DNA of 64,000 nt, taken from assembly GCA_034506315.1 (NCBI GenBank), contig JAPDPT010000005.1, forward strand, positions 36,653 through 100,652. The letters run 5' to 3'. Numbering within the stretch: position 1 is the first letter of the stretch; every line of letters begins with the position of its first letter. A program made the position numbers and the translations under genes. The stretch is from Candidatus Zhuqueibacterota bacterium (GTDB lineage: Bacteria > Zhuqueibacterota > Zhuqueibacteria > Oleimicrobiales > Geothermoviventaceae). A model generated the notes under the pieces. The model was not told the origin of the DNA, did not search any database, and saw only the letters and a program-made list of their open reading frames with translations. Below are positions 29,401-36,963 of this stretch, in pieces.

Positions 29401-29948
29401 TCCCATTCACCGGGCCACTTTCGACTGCGGCCTTGGGCCGGCCATCCCTCTGGAGGCCAGGAGCTGGGCAGGTTGGACATCGCTGGGTAGTCGCTCGCCT
29501 CATTGAAGTACCCAAAACAAGGATACAGTCCCCACTCCACGGTCCCGGTCGGGTCCCGGTCCATCTCCTCACGGTAGCTGGTCTGGCAGAAATAGAGGGT
29601 GTCCAGATCCTTGCGGGTGGCGATCTCCACCGGATCCGTCACCGGGATCGTGTCGTTCGCGATGAACACGCGAGCCCCGATGAGGAGCGCCACCCCGTCC
29701 AGCATCTTGGTGCCCTCGAAGGTATTCGGCCACTTGGACACGTCCACCCGCGGCCAGTCGGAAAGCTCCGTCGTGTTCCGGAAAAAGAGGAAGACGCGGT
29801 TACCGGTCATGTACCCTTCGCGCTCGGCGGCGATGTCGCCTGCCTCGTCGTCCGGGCCCTCGTACTTTCTCCCCTGCGACCAGGCCGCAGGACTCACCAG
29901 CGTCAAGGCCAGGGCTGCGCCGACCAAGATTCTCAGGACCTGCCTCAT
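26481..29948 (-). CDS. Large (1155 aa) secreted T9SS cargo protein with Asp-rich calcium-binding-type repeats, in the PorU position upstream of the PorV-like gene
   Basis: Signal peptide MRQVLRILVGAALALTLVSPAAWSQG. Repeats DGIDNDEDGLIDEKRDN and HWDADEDQDWQDGHDSDGNGVYEPGEDAGDD resemble thrombospondin-type-3 / EF-like motifs. The C-terminus ...GMYIYHVRSDVTGDVKMGKFAIIK is a T9SS CTD. No recognisable C25 Cys/His motifs. Confidence 0.55.
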   Translation of the reverse strand: MRQVLRILVGAALALTLVSPAAWSQGRKYEGPDDEAGDIAAEREGYMTGNRVFLFFRNTTELSDWPRVDVSKWPNTFEGTKMLDGVALLIGARVFIANDTIPVTDPVEIATRKDLDTLYFCQTSYREEMDRDPTGTVEWGLYPCFGYFNEASDYPAMSNLPSSWPPEGWPAQGRSRKWPGEWDGRFGRGVIYADLETYFVANDAQDQEYLGPEDKVRYYPRPGVRIGDILPHKITIQKGKPWGGLGIRVEVRGFQWNNPQARDAIFWEYNISNISNYDLPQVAFGYWVDNAIGDMVPGAGEDDDLGFFDRKQDMAYSWDINGIGQGGFPTGVMGFAYLESPGLPFDGIDNDEDGLIDEKRDNEAERIIGPTDGIADLNAFLSFYRLKPEDLHPHWDADEDQDWQDGHDSDGNGVYEPGEDAGDDVGLDGVGPLELNYNGPDEGECNHKPDYVEGLGCEPNFAETDVSESDMVGLTSFMMFPVPSHASEYHWFRGDKSMWEVLGQDTLIEYLGRISNLIETFASGPFPLYKGRTERISMALLHAYDPLSGLNSEEHSAPALFRLKQIAQVIYEKDYRFAMPPKMPTLRATAGDGYVILTWDDVADTKTRDPFMGNINDFEGYKLFRATDKKMADAEVITDGFGTPMFKKPIFQCDVIDGREGFTNYGLVNGMGYYLGNETGIVHYFIDRNVQNGRTYYYALVAYDYGAPDIGPGVAPSENNVVIELDEDENIRRIGQNVQIVVPHQMAAGYQPPSLATDSTGVTLGSGKIRPEILARGDLKYGHTYEVRFLVDTLETVAGCPYGIRYLDKGFAVYDVTDSNRLVYKESPERFAFNNITYDDSLDVWYIPPGKEIASDIFDGLRLRIQIPVLTAQFDALHSGWVKGSAPILVIPSSREAVLFPWDYDIVFTGDDSAYVGRATTKTMRDERGVRLDRTVLLTGQRFNFRVENRSVRGPDGKPVLMDLVVHDRNRNGQFDILEDRVLVGALTTDNRWAGTVFVIDFAPVRDPANLPKPNDVYRVSFVRPFFTTDAYRFTVREGEGLDRKSLRETMERIKVVPNPYVATNAMEPSVASYQKSQRRRLMFTHIPAKCTIRIFTVSGVLVDEIHVDNPSDEGIVHWDLQTKEGLEVAAGMYIYHVRSDVTGDVKMGKFAIIK

Positions 29949-29983
29949 CCTTGGGTATCCTCCTCTACCTAAGGTGACGATGG

Positions 29984-32668
29984 CTAGAACATCAGGCTCA
30001 CACCGAACTTGACCAGGCGCGGCGCCGAGTACATAGACGGATCCTGGACCCGATCGATGTACTCGTTGAAGTCGCTGCGGTGGCCCGCAATATCCGTCTC
30101 CCGGATGATCGCCGTGTACGCCCGCCCGGTCTGCGGATTAACCCGCACCTCGTTGAGCCGGTCCAGGAGGTTGTAGACGTTCATCTCAAAGCGAAGCCGC
30201 AAATCACCCCGCAGCGGGACATCGTAATACCCAGTGAAGTCCACACTGTAGGTGCTCGGCTGCCAGGAATTGTTCGGAAGCAAGTTCACCCGGGCCAGCG
30301 TGCTGGCCGAAATCGGTTGCCAGGTGAAGGGCGTACCGGAGTTGTAATAGGCGGTCAGGGTGGCTCCGTAGTTTTCGGTGTGGTAGCCCACCGTGGCATT
30401 CAGGGTGTGGCGCTGGTCCCAGCTCATCGGGATGAGAATGCGGATCGGGTCCAGGTTCTGCCCCTCGCGGTTGAAATTGTACGTTGGGTAGTCGGCATTG
30501 CCGCGTGTGTACTGCAAGGTGTAGTTCACCATCGCCGTCACGTTGCGCCAGCGGAAGTCGTACTTGACCTCCAGCCCGCGCGCATTTCCATAGTCCTTGT
30601 TGCTGTAGAGCCCATAGCGGATCTGATTGTAAGTGGTGATCACGCTTGTGCTCAAGAGGTCGTAGATATCGCGATAGAACAGAGCGACCTCAAGGGCCAT
30701 GGCATCGGTCAGCTGCTGCCAGAGACCCACCTCGTACTGGACGGTCTTCTGGGCATGGATCTCAGCATTGCCCATCGTGGTGGAGTAGTTGTTCGGGGCC
30801 ACCCGGAAGGCGTGATTCTGGTACATCGCGTAGAGGGGCGGCATCTGGAAGAAGTGGCCGTAGCTGAAGTGGAGCAGGGCCGTTTGCGCCAGCTGATACG
30901 AAAGCCCAAGACGCGGGGAGACCTGGTACTTCGCATGGGCCTTGGGATAGGTGGACATGCGCATCGGGTCGTCGAAGTACAGCTGATTAGCCGGGTTGCG
31001 CCGGTTGGAGGGGTACACGTGATTGGGATCGAAGTAGTCGAACCGGACCCCGACGTTGATCACCATCTCGTCGAATTCCATTTTGTCCTGGACGTAGGCC
31101 GAGAACTCGCGCGGCTTGACCCGGTAGATATCTGAGTAGATGGAAGAGTCGGGAAGGGTGATCGGCTCGTAGAAATCCTGCTCCCGATCGGTGCCGTAGT
31201 ACTTGTTTCGGATCTCCTTATATTGCTCGTCCAGGTCGTGCTGAATGAACTGCGCCCCCGTCTTGATGCTGTGGTTCTTGTTCACCTGCCAGGTGAGGTC
31301 AAATTTGGCGTTGTAGTCCCGCAGCCACCGCTCGTCGTGCCCTTTCTGCTGTCCTCCCGTGTAGAAGCCGGGGTCGGATCGGAAATACTTGTCGTGCACG
31401 TAGCGGGGGTCTTGAGGATCCTTGTAGACGTACCAGCCGTGGTACTGGTACGCATAAGAAAGCTTAAGTTCGTAGAAGAGCCGTGCCGAGAGCATGTGAT
31501 TGAGTTCGTACGCCAGCAGGTAGGAATTGCGGTGGGTAGCCGCCATCCCATCGGGATTGTATTTGAACATGTGGTTGTAGTCGTGCCACTCGTCCTGATT
31601 GGCGGTCCAGACCAAGGACATCTTCACGTCGGAGAACGGACGAGCGGTGAGCTTGGCCAGGTACGAAAGGTTCTTGCTACGGTTCATTGGGACGTAGGCG
31701 CTATCACCCGTGTGCTCCGAGTACCAGAGCGTCGAGTCGTCGGCCTCGAAGTTGCTGTAGTCGTCCACGCGGAACCGGCGCACCCCATTGAGGTGATTCT
31801 TGTTGTCCTGCCAGCGGAAGTTGGTGAAGAACGTAAGCTTGTCACGCAGAACCGGTCCGCTCAGCTGGAAGCGGAGGTCTTTGTTGCGGTCGAATTCGTC
31901 GTCGCGCAGACCGATGAAGATGTTCTTGTGGGGCGTGAGGTAATTGGCGAGGCTGAAGTAGATGGAACCGTCGAAGCGATTCGTCCCGTCTTTGGTGACC
32001 GCGTTCACCACGCCGCTCATCGCCCGCCCGTACTCGGCGTTAAAGGTCCCGGTGATCACCTCCAGATCCTTGATGCTCTCCGGTTCCAGATCGACAATCC
32101 GACCGGTGCCGCCGAAGGGCTCGGTCACGGGCAGTCCGTCGATCAGATAGGCCACCTCGGAGAGGCGTCCGCCCCGGAAATGCCCGTGCACCACTCCAGG
32201 CTGAAGGGCAATGATGGCGCCCATGCTTTCCACAGGCAGTTTATCGATGTCGTCGGCAGAGACGTTGCGGATGGAGCTGGTCTGGTCTTTCTTCATTTCG
32301 ATGCGCTCGGCCTGTACCACCACAACCTGCCCCTCGATGGCTGTCGGGTTCATCTGGACTTGCACATTGGTGGTGCGATTGACCGAGACGCGTACATGCT
32401 CCATGCGCACCGTCTCGTAGCCGATCATTCGTACCGCGAGGGTGTAGTCGCCGGGAGGTACGTTCAGAATCACAAACTCCCCATTCTCGTCGGTGGCCGC
32501 ACCCCGCGTAGTCCCTTCCAGGATCACGTTCGCGGCAGGTAAGGGCTCGCCATTGGTCGCGTCGACCACCTTGCCCGCAATCTTCCCTGTGGTCTGCCCT
32601 TGGAGACCGCTGGCCAGAATGTGGAGCACTAGTCCCACGAGGACGAATCTCGACACTCGCCGCTTCAT
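29984..32668 (-). CDS. TonB-dependent outer-membrane receptor with N-terminal carboxypeptidase-regulatory-like domain
   Basis: The N-terminal stretch AGKVVDATNGEPLPAANVILEGTTRGAATDENGEFVILNVPPGDYTLAVRMIGYE is a CarbopepD_reg-like domain. It is followed by plug and barrel sequence, and the protein ends ...LVKFGVSLMF (terminal aromatic residue). ATG at 32666-32668. Confidence 0.85.
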   Translation of the reverse strand: MKRRVSRFVLVGLVLHILASGLQGQTTGKIAGKVVDATNGEPLPAANVILEGTTRGAATDENGEFVILNVPPGDYTLAVRMIGYETVRMEHVRVSVNRTTNVQVQMNPTAIEGQVVVVQAERIEMKKDQTSSIRNVSADDIDKLPVESMGAIIALQPGVVHGHFRGGRLSEVAYLIDGLPVTEPFGGTGRIVDLEPESIKDLEVITGTFNAEYGRAMSGVVNAVTKDGTNRFDGSIYFSLANYLTPHKNIFIGLRDDEFDRNKDLRFQLSGPVLRDKLTFFTNFRWQDNKNHLNGVRRFRVDDYSNFEADDSTLWYSEHTGDSAYVPMNRSKNLSYLAKLTARPFSDVKMSLVWTANQDEWHDYNHMFKYNPDGMAATHRNSYLLAYELNHMLSARLFYELKLSYAYQYHGWYVYKDPQDPRYVHDKYFRSDPGFYTGGQQKGHDERWLRDYNAKFDLTWQVNKNHSIKTGAQFIQHDLDEQYKEIRNKYYGTDREQDFYEPITLPDSSIYSDIYRVKPREFSAYVQDKMEFDEMVINVGVRFDYFDPNHVYPSNRRNPANQLYFDDPMRMSTYPKAHAKYQVSPRLGLSYQLAQTALLHFSYGHFFQMPPLYAMYQNHAFRVAPNNYSTTMGNAEIHAQKTVQYEVGLWQQLTDAMALEVALFYRDIYDLLSTSVITTYNQIRYGLYSNKDYGNARGLEVKYDFRWRNVTAMVNYTLQYTRGNADYPTYNFNREGQNLDPIRILIPMSWDQRHTLNATVGYHTENYGATLTAYYNSGTPFTWQPISASTLARVNLLPNNSWQPSTYSVDFTGYYDVPLRGDLRLRFEMNVYNLLDRLNEVRVNPQTGRAYTAIIRETDIAGHRSDFNEYIDRVQDPSMYSAPRLVKFGVSLMF

Positions 32669-32741
32669 CGCTCATTCCCTACCTTTAGCGTTCACCCCCA
32701 AGCCCGGAGCCTTGCCGACCTTATTGCCCCTCCCCCCGGCG

Positions 32742-32796
32742 AAATCCCTCACCGCAGGGATTTGCCCCTGGGGCGGCCGTGGGTCGCCCCAGGGGC
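32742..32796 (-). other. Two adjacent perfect hairpins between the binding-protein gene and the TonB receptor gene (attenuator/terminator-like)
   Basis: Hairpin 1 is a 12-bp perfect stem GCCCCTGGGGCG (32764-32775) / CGCCCCAGGGGC (32785-32796) with a 9-nt loop, starting 10 nt after the stop at 32806. Hairpin 2 is an 8-bp stem AAATCCCT (32742-32749) / AGGGATTT (32756-32763) with a 6-nt loop. There is no clean U-tract. Confidence 0.4.
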
Positions 32797-32805
32797 TACG
32801 TTGCC

Positions 32806-35304
32806 TTAGCGGATCAGGACCATCTTCTTGGTCGCGGTGAAGTCGCCGGCCTGCATGCGGTAGAAGTATACACCGGAGGGCAGGTCGGAAGCGTTGACCT
32901 GCACCGTGTATTCACCGGCCTGCTTGAACTCGTTCACCAGGGTCTTCACTTTCTGGCCGAGGGCGTTGTACAGCTCGATCTTCACCACTCCTGGCTTGGC
33001 GACGCTATAGGTCACCGTGGTCGCCGGGTTGAAGGGGTTCGGATAGTTCTGCGACAGGGAGAAGCTGGTGGGGACACCCTTCCCAACGTCACTCACCGCC
33101 GACACGTGGGTGGTGTCGCCAATCCAGGTGTACTCCCACTCACGCGGGTCCTGCCAACCGTGGTCGGTGTTGTACGGCGAGCGACCGAGGTTCCCCTCCC
33201 AGCCTTTGCCGTCGTTGTCGTGGAAGTACAGCTCCAGCGGGATCCTCATACCGCGCTGGGGGTGGAAACGCCGGTCATTGGCGTTGTAGGAAATGGCGAG
33301 GGTATCCAGGGAGATCTTCGCTTCGAACACATAGTCCGCACCGCCCAGATCGGTGAAGAAGTACCTGCCGTCACCCGGGGTCCCGAGGACGTAATGAGTG
33401 CCTTCTGCAAATAGCTCTCCCTGCACGAAGATCAGACTGTAGTCCGGCTGATCTCCGCGCTTGTAGGAGGCGTGCTTGGCCCCTCGGAGGTCGTACATGC
33501 CGATGAAGAACTGGAAGGCATCCTGCTCCCACCAGTTCCCGGGACCAAAGTGGTACACGTCGTCTACGATATCGCCGGCGACGTAGAGGTAGTTGTCGTC
33601 GATGGCGAGGTACACTGTGGCTTTCAGATCACTGCTATCATTGATGCTCCCCACGACGACATAGTCCGTCTCCGGCTTGAGGACAAACGGCCGGATCCCG
33701 CTCTGGTCCCATTCGCTCAGGTCGCCATCGGCCGCGAAATTGGCCGGCGGGTTCAAGGAGATCGTCGGGATGCCCTTCGCCACATTGGTGGTCGGTACGG
33801 AGGTTGCGCCAAAGGACTTGCTCACATTCCCGGCCTCGTCCGTACAGGTGACGGCGTAGTAGTACTGGACCTCCTTGTCCTTGAGCGGATAGTAGAGCCA
33901 GTGGACGGCGCTCCGGGTGTCCTCCGGGACATTGGCGGCCACCAAGTCCACATCCGGATCGTTCAGGTCGGTAATGGGCTTGGTGGAAGCGTAGACCGTG
34001 TACTTCTCACCCGACTCGCCCGGTACATCCTGCCAGAACACCAAGTTGTAGTACTCGGCCGCCATGGCCCCCACACCAGTGGGCGCCGCGGGCGGAATCA
34101 CGTCGATCACCGGGCTATCCGTCCAAATGAAGTCAATCCAGACCACTTTGCCTGCCACACCTGTGCCGTTGGCCATGAACTGGAGGACCTTCACATTGGA
34201 GGGGTTGAAGTTCGAGGTCCCATCCTGGTATTCCAGCTCGCTGAGCTTGAAGGCGTAGTCGTGCCACTGCTCGTCGTCGATGGGCTGGAATACCTTACCC
34301 ACCTTGGCCTGGCCATCTTCCAGCTGGACCCGCAGCGCGCCGACGCCAGGATCCGTCTTCATGCGGAATTTCAGGGTATCCGTTTCCCACACCGCCGACA
34401 TGTCAAAGGGCGGATTGATATTCCATCCCGCGCCGGTCCAGCCATTGCCCCATTCGTTGCCCTGCGTCCACTTCAGGGCGTTGGTTTCGTTCGTCCCGGC
34501 CCCCTCAACCAGTTCCAGGGTCGACTGGCCCCAGGTGAACTGGGAAAGCCGGGTGGAGAGCGTCTTGCCATTGAAGAAGATGTAAGCCACGCGCTTCAGT
34601 CCGCGCAGCTCCATATGGTCCAGGACGATGGTCCCGAACACATGGTCCCCTTCTCCGCCGCCGCTCACAGAAAACTCAAAACCGAAGCCCTTGATGCGGT
34701 CGAGGTCCAGCTTGTTGTTGCCCCAGATTCCAGCCCATCCGGTGAGATTAAAGCCCTCGCCTCCCCACTCGTCCAGCTTCGGGTCCATTCGGGCGTCGAC
34801 CATTAGCATCCGGATTTGGTGCCAACCAGGCGCATTATCCAGGACGTAGTGGAACGAGTACCACAGCTCGCCCTGATTGGCATTATAGGTGTTTGCTCCC
34901 GTCGCCGCATCGCTCACATCGTAGAATTGGATGCGCAGGTGAACGCGTCCTGGCTTCGACGCAGGCGCGATATTGTAGTACCAGATGGTGAGGGTGTCGT
35001 ACATGGAGAAGTCGTAGGTCTTGGTGGAATCCGGGTGCCAGTGCTCGATCTTAGAGAATCCGCCCCAGCTCTCCATGTTGTGTACGGAATAGTCCAGCCG
35101 CATCGCCCCGGTCCCAACCTTCACCGGGTCCGTCACGTAGCTCACGTGAACGTACCCTTTGGAGGTGTCCGCGTGCTGGTTGATTACGTGGATCCAGTAG
35201 TTCGGATCCGTCGGGGCTTCGTCAAAGCTCTCCACCACCAGTTGCGCCGCTGCCCATGTCGGGAAAAGCAGGAGCATCGGCACGATCCACCACGGCTTTC
35301 TCAT
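32806..35304 (-). CDS. Secreted multi-domain carbohydrate-binding protein (CBM9-like / beta-sandwich domains, non-catalytic) with T9SS C-terminal sorting domain
   Basis: Signal peptide MRKPWWIVPMLLLFPTWAAAQ from the ATG at 35302-35304, with a strong GGAGGTGG RBS. Aromatic-rich beta-sandwich modules (...DGDLSEWDQSGIRPFVLKPE..., ...HDNDGKGWEGNLGRSPYNTDHGWQDPREW...) resemble CBM9. No catalytic motifs were seen. The C-terminus ...GVYFYRMQAGDFTATKKMVLIR is a T9SS CTD. Confidence 0.55.
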   Translation of the reverse strand: MRKPWWIVPMLLLFPTWAAAQLVVESFDEAPTDPNYWIHVINQHADTSKGYVHVSYVTDPVKVGTGAMRLDYSVHNMESWGGFSKIEHWHPDSTKTYDFSMYDTLTIWYYNIAPASKPGRVHLRIQFYDVSDAATGANTYNANQGELWYSFHYVLDNAPGWHQIRMLMVDARMDPKLDEWGGEGFNLTGWAGIWGNNKLDLDRIKGFGFEFSVSGGGEGDHVFGTIVLDHMELRGLKRVAYIFFNGKTLSTRLSQFTWGQSTLELVEGAGTNETNALKWTQGNEWGNGWTGAGWNINPPFDMSAVWETDTLKFRMKTDPGVGALRVQLEDGQAKVGKVFQPIDDEQWHDYAFKLSELEYQDGTSNFNPSNVKVLQFMANGTGVAGKVVWIDFIWTDSPVIDVIPPAAPTGVGAMAAEYYNLVFWQDVPGESGEKYTVYASTKPITDLNDPDVDLVAANVPEDTRSAVHWLYYPLKDKEVQYYYAVTCTDEAGNVSKSFGATSVPTTNVAKGIPTISLNPPANFAADGDLSEWDQSGIRPFVLKPETDYVVVGSINDSSDLKATVYLAIDDNYLYVAGDIVDDVYHFGPGNWWEQDAFQFFIGMYDLRGAKHASYKRGDQPDYSLIFVQGELFAEGTHYVLGTPGDGRYFFTDLGGADYVFEAKISLDTLAISYNANDRRFHPQRGMRIPLELYFHDNDGKGWEGNLGRSPYNTDHGWQDPREWEYTWIGDTTHVSAVSDVGKGVPTSFSLSQNYPNPFNPATTVTYSVAKPGVVKIELYNALGQKVKTLVNEFKQAGEYTVQVNASDLPSGVYFYRMQAGDFTATKKMVLIR

Positions 35305-35393
35305 GGCTTCCACCTCCTCAAGATTGGCTCTCTTCCGTTCCCTCTTCTCCTCGGCCTCCAAAAGACGCAGCTCTCACCTCCCTTCCAGAGCGT

Positions 35394-36782
35394 TTATCTC
35401 GAAACCCGACCGAGTCCCCTCTGCTTGAGCCCCCTCGGTAACGACAGTCGCGACAAGTGGCCGTATACCACTGCTCCGGCGGCCGTAGCCGCCACAGAAA
35501 TCGGCACAAAAAGGTGCCACTGGGTAAGTACGGGGGAGCTGAACACGGGTGTAGTCCCCAATCCGTACCGGGCAATCACATGGCTGCACCCCAGAAGGAG
35601 CCCAATCCCCAAGGCAAAGCGGCAGCCCCACACCGAGAGACCCGGTCGAAGAACCTCCGTCCAGCGGACCGCAGCCACAGGTGGTACGAGGACTGCCACC
35701 ATCGAGGCCACCAGCCCCGCTGCCGCTCCGGGACGCTTAGCCGCCAGCTGCACAATTGGCAGCATTGCTACCAGTACAGCCAGGGCCGCCAGCTGCGCTC
35801 GCAGAGGCTCCGCCTGCCCTTCGGCCCCCTGCCCTGACCTGGCCCCGCCCGCCAGTTGGGCACCCGCAAACAGCATCGCCCGCAACGAAGCGCTCATCCC
35901 CGACAGGACGCCGCAGAGCGCCATCAGGACCACTGCGGCTCGCACCACTGCCGTAGCATCGGAAAACAACACCGGCCCGCCCTGCACAGCAACTGGCGTG
36001 ATCCGCACGAGGGCTGGGCCCAGGACAATCACCAGAGCCAGCTGGGCACCGGAAAGCCGCAAGCCCCGACCCTGTACACGGACGCTTCCTGCCCGGAAAG
36101 CTCGGATGTAGGCATCGTCCGACCAGAACCAGACGCTTAGGAGAATGGCTGCCAGAAAGAAAAACAGTAGCCCAGATCCCTGGAGTGCGCTCACACTATC
36201 CGGCACTTCCATCCCTGCGCCGGGAAGCCGCGCTTGGGCTCCCAGAACACAGAGGGCTGCGACCGCCACCAAGAGAGCGTGCAGAAGGTCCACCCTCGCC
36301 GAAGCCGCCCTGCCCACGGGCAACGTCATTAGCCCCACTGTGACCACAAAAAGCACCGATGCCAGGGCAGGATGGAAACCCAGAGCCGCCGCCAGAAGGG
36401 ATCCGCCGAGGACCGCGAACACCACAAACCGCCCCGCGGCCAGCAGGAGGGAGACTCCGTCCCGTAAGCCCAGGATCAAGGGGAAACTGGGGTTATGGCC
36501 TTGGTCCTGGAACTCGGCGAGAAGCGGTAGGAGTATGAGGGCGGAAGCCACTGAGGAGAGAAGCAGGATGGCAATCACCTGCCACCCCGTGACGGCCGCT
36601 CCGGCAAGAAGGAAAAGCGCTGGCGTACCGATGAGCGCCGGTAGAGCCAGCGTCGGCGCCTCCCACCGCCCAAGCAGACCTACCTCCTCAGGGTAGACCG
36701 TCGCACGCCTCCCGCGCGCTGGGTAGTAGGCGATGGTCAGCGCACCCAAAAGGTATCCGATTGTGACGGTTCGCTCGATCAC
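35394..36782 (-). CDS. Polytopic inner-membrane protein, probable transporter (family unresolved)
   Basis: About 460 aa, Ala/Leu-rich, with at least 10 predicted TM helices. The GTG at 36780-36782 with an AGGGGA RBS was preferred over the ORF-track TTG at 36821. Preceded by a sigma-54-type promoter and tandem palindromes. Confidence 0.5.
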   Translation of the reverse strand: MIERTVTIGYLLGALTIAYYPARGRRATVYPEEVGLLGRWEAPTLALPALIGTPALFLLAGAAVTGWQVIAILLLSSVASALILLPLLAEFQDQGHNPSFPLILGLRDGVSLLLAAGRFVVFAVLGGSLLAAALGFHPALASVLFVVTVGLMTLPVGRAASARVDLLHALLVAVAALCVLGAQARLPGAGMEVPDSVSALQGSGLLFFFLAAILLSVWFWSDDAYIRAFRAGSVRVQGRGLRLSGAQLALVIVLGPALVRITPVAVQGGPVLFSDATAVVRAAVVLMALCGVLSGMSASLRAMLFAGAQLAGGARSGQGAEGQAEPLRAQLAALAVLVAMLPIVQLAAKRPGAAAGLVASMVAVLVPPVAAVRWTEVLRPGLSVWGCRFALGIGLLLGCSHVIARYGLGTTPVFSSPVLTQWHLFVPISVAATAAGAVVYGHLSRLSLPRGLKQRGLGRVSR

Positions 36783-36830
36783 CCGTCCCCTACCCGGGCG
36801 TTCCCACTCACGGCCTCGCAACCCTTACGA

Positions 36831-36850
36831 AGGGCAACAAATATGCCGCC
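36831..36850 (-). promoter_or_regulatory. Sigma-54 (-24/-12) promoter-like element for the transporter gene
   Basis: Minus-strand sequence cGGCAT-ATTTG-TTGCc matches the TGGCAC-N5-TTGCW consensus: GG at 36847/36846, GC at 36835/36834, with the exact 10-nt spacing between GG and GC. It lies about 50 nt upstream of the GTG start. Confidence 0.5.
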
Positions 36851-36911
36851 CTTTCCGGAAGGCCTAAGTCCAGAATTTTCGAAACGACGAGCATCCCCGC
36901 CCGCCCCGCTC

Positions 36912-36950
36912 ATTATCACGGTGATAATGACCCATTATCAGGCCGATAAT
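36912..36950. promoter_or_regulatory. Tandem 17-bp palindromes ATTATC-N5-GATAAT (candidate enhancer / UAS for the sigma-54 response regulator)
   Basis: ATTATCACGGTGATAAT (36912-36928; an 8-bp perfect inverted repeat around one central nucleotide) and ATTATCAGGCCGATAAT (36934-36950). Centres are 22 bp apart. They are AT-rich islands in a 64% GC genome, 65-105 bp upstream of the -24 element. Confidence 0.55.
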
Positions 36951-36963
36951 ACCCCACGCCAGG

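Noticed and set aside
26481-29948. Calling the 1155-aa protein PorU outright
   Set aside because: Its position and size fit PorU, but I could not find gingipain/C25-like catalytic Cys/His motifs by eye. It is therefore reported as a hypothesis, not an annotation.
36912-36950. Reading the ATTATC/GATAAT hexamers as Fur boxes; a TonB receptor is nearby
   Set aside because: The hexamer orientation (ATTATC-N5-GATAAT) is inverted relative to the 19-bp Fur consensus (GATAATGATAATCATTATC). The sites are not upstream of the TonB receptor gene. They pair instead with -24/-12 elements and lie beside a sigma-54 regulator gene. A Fur-family regulator is kept only as an alternative hypothesis.
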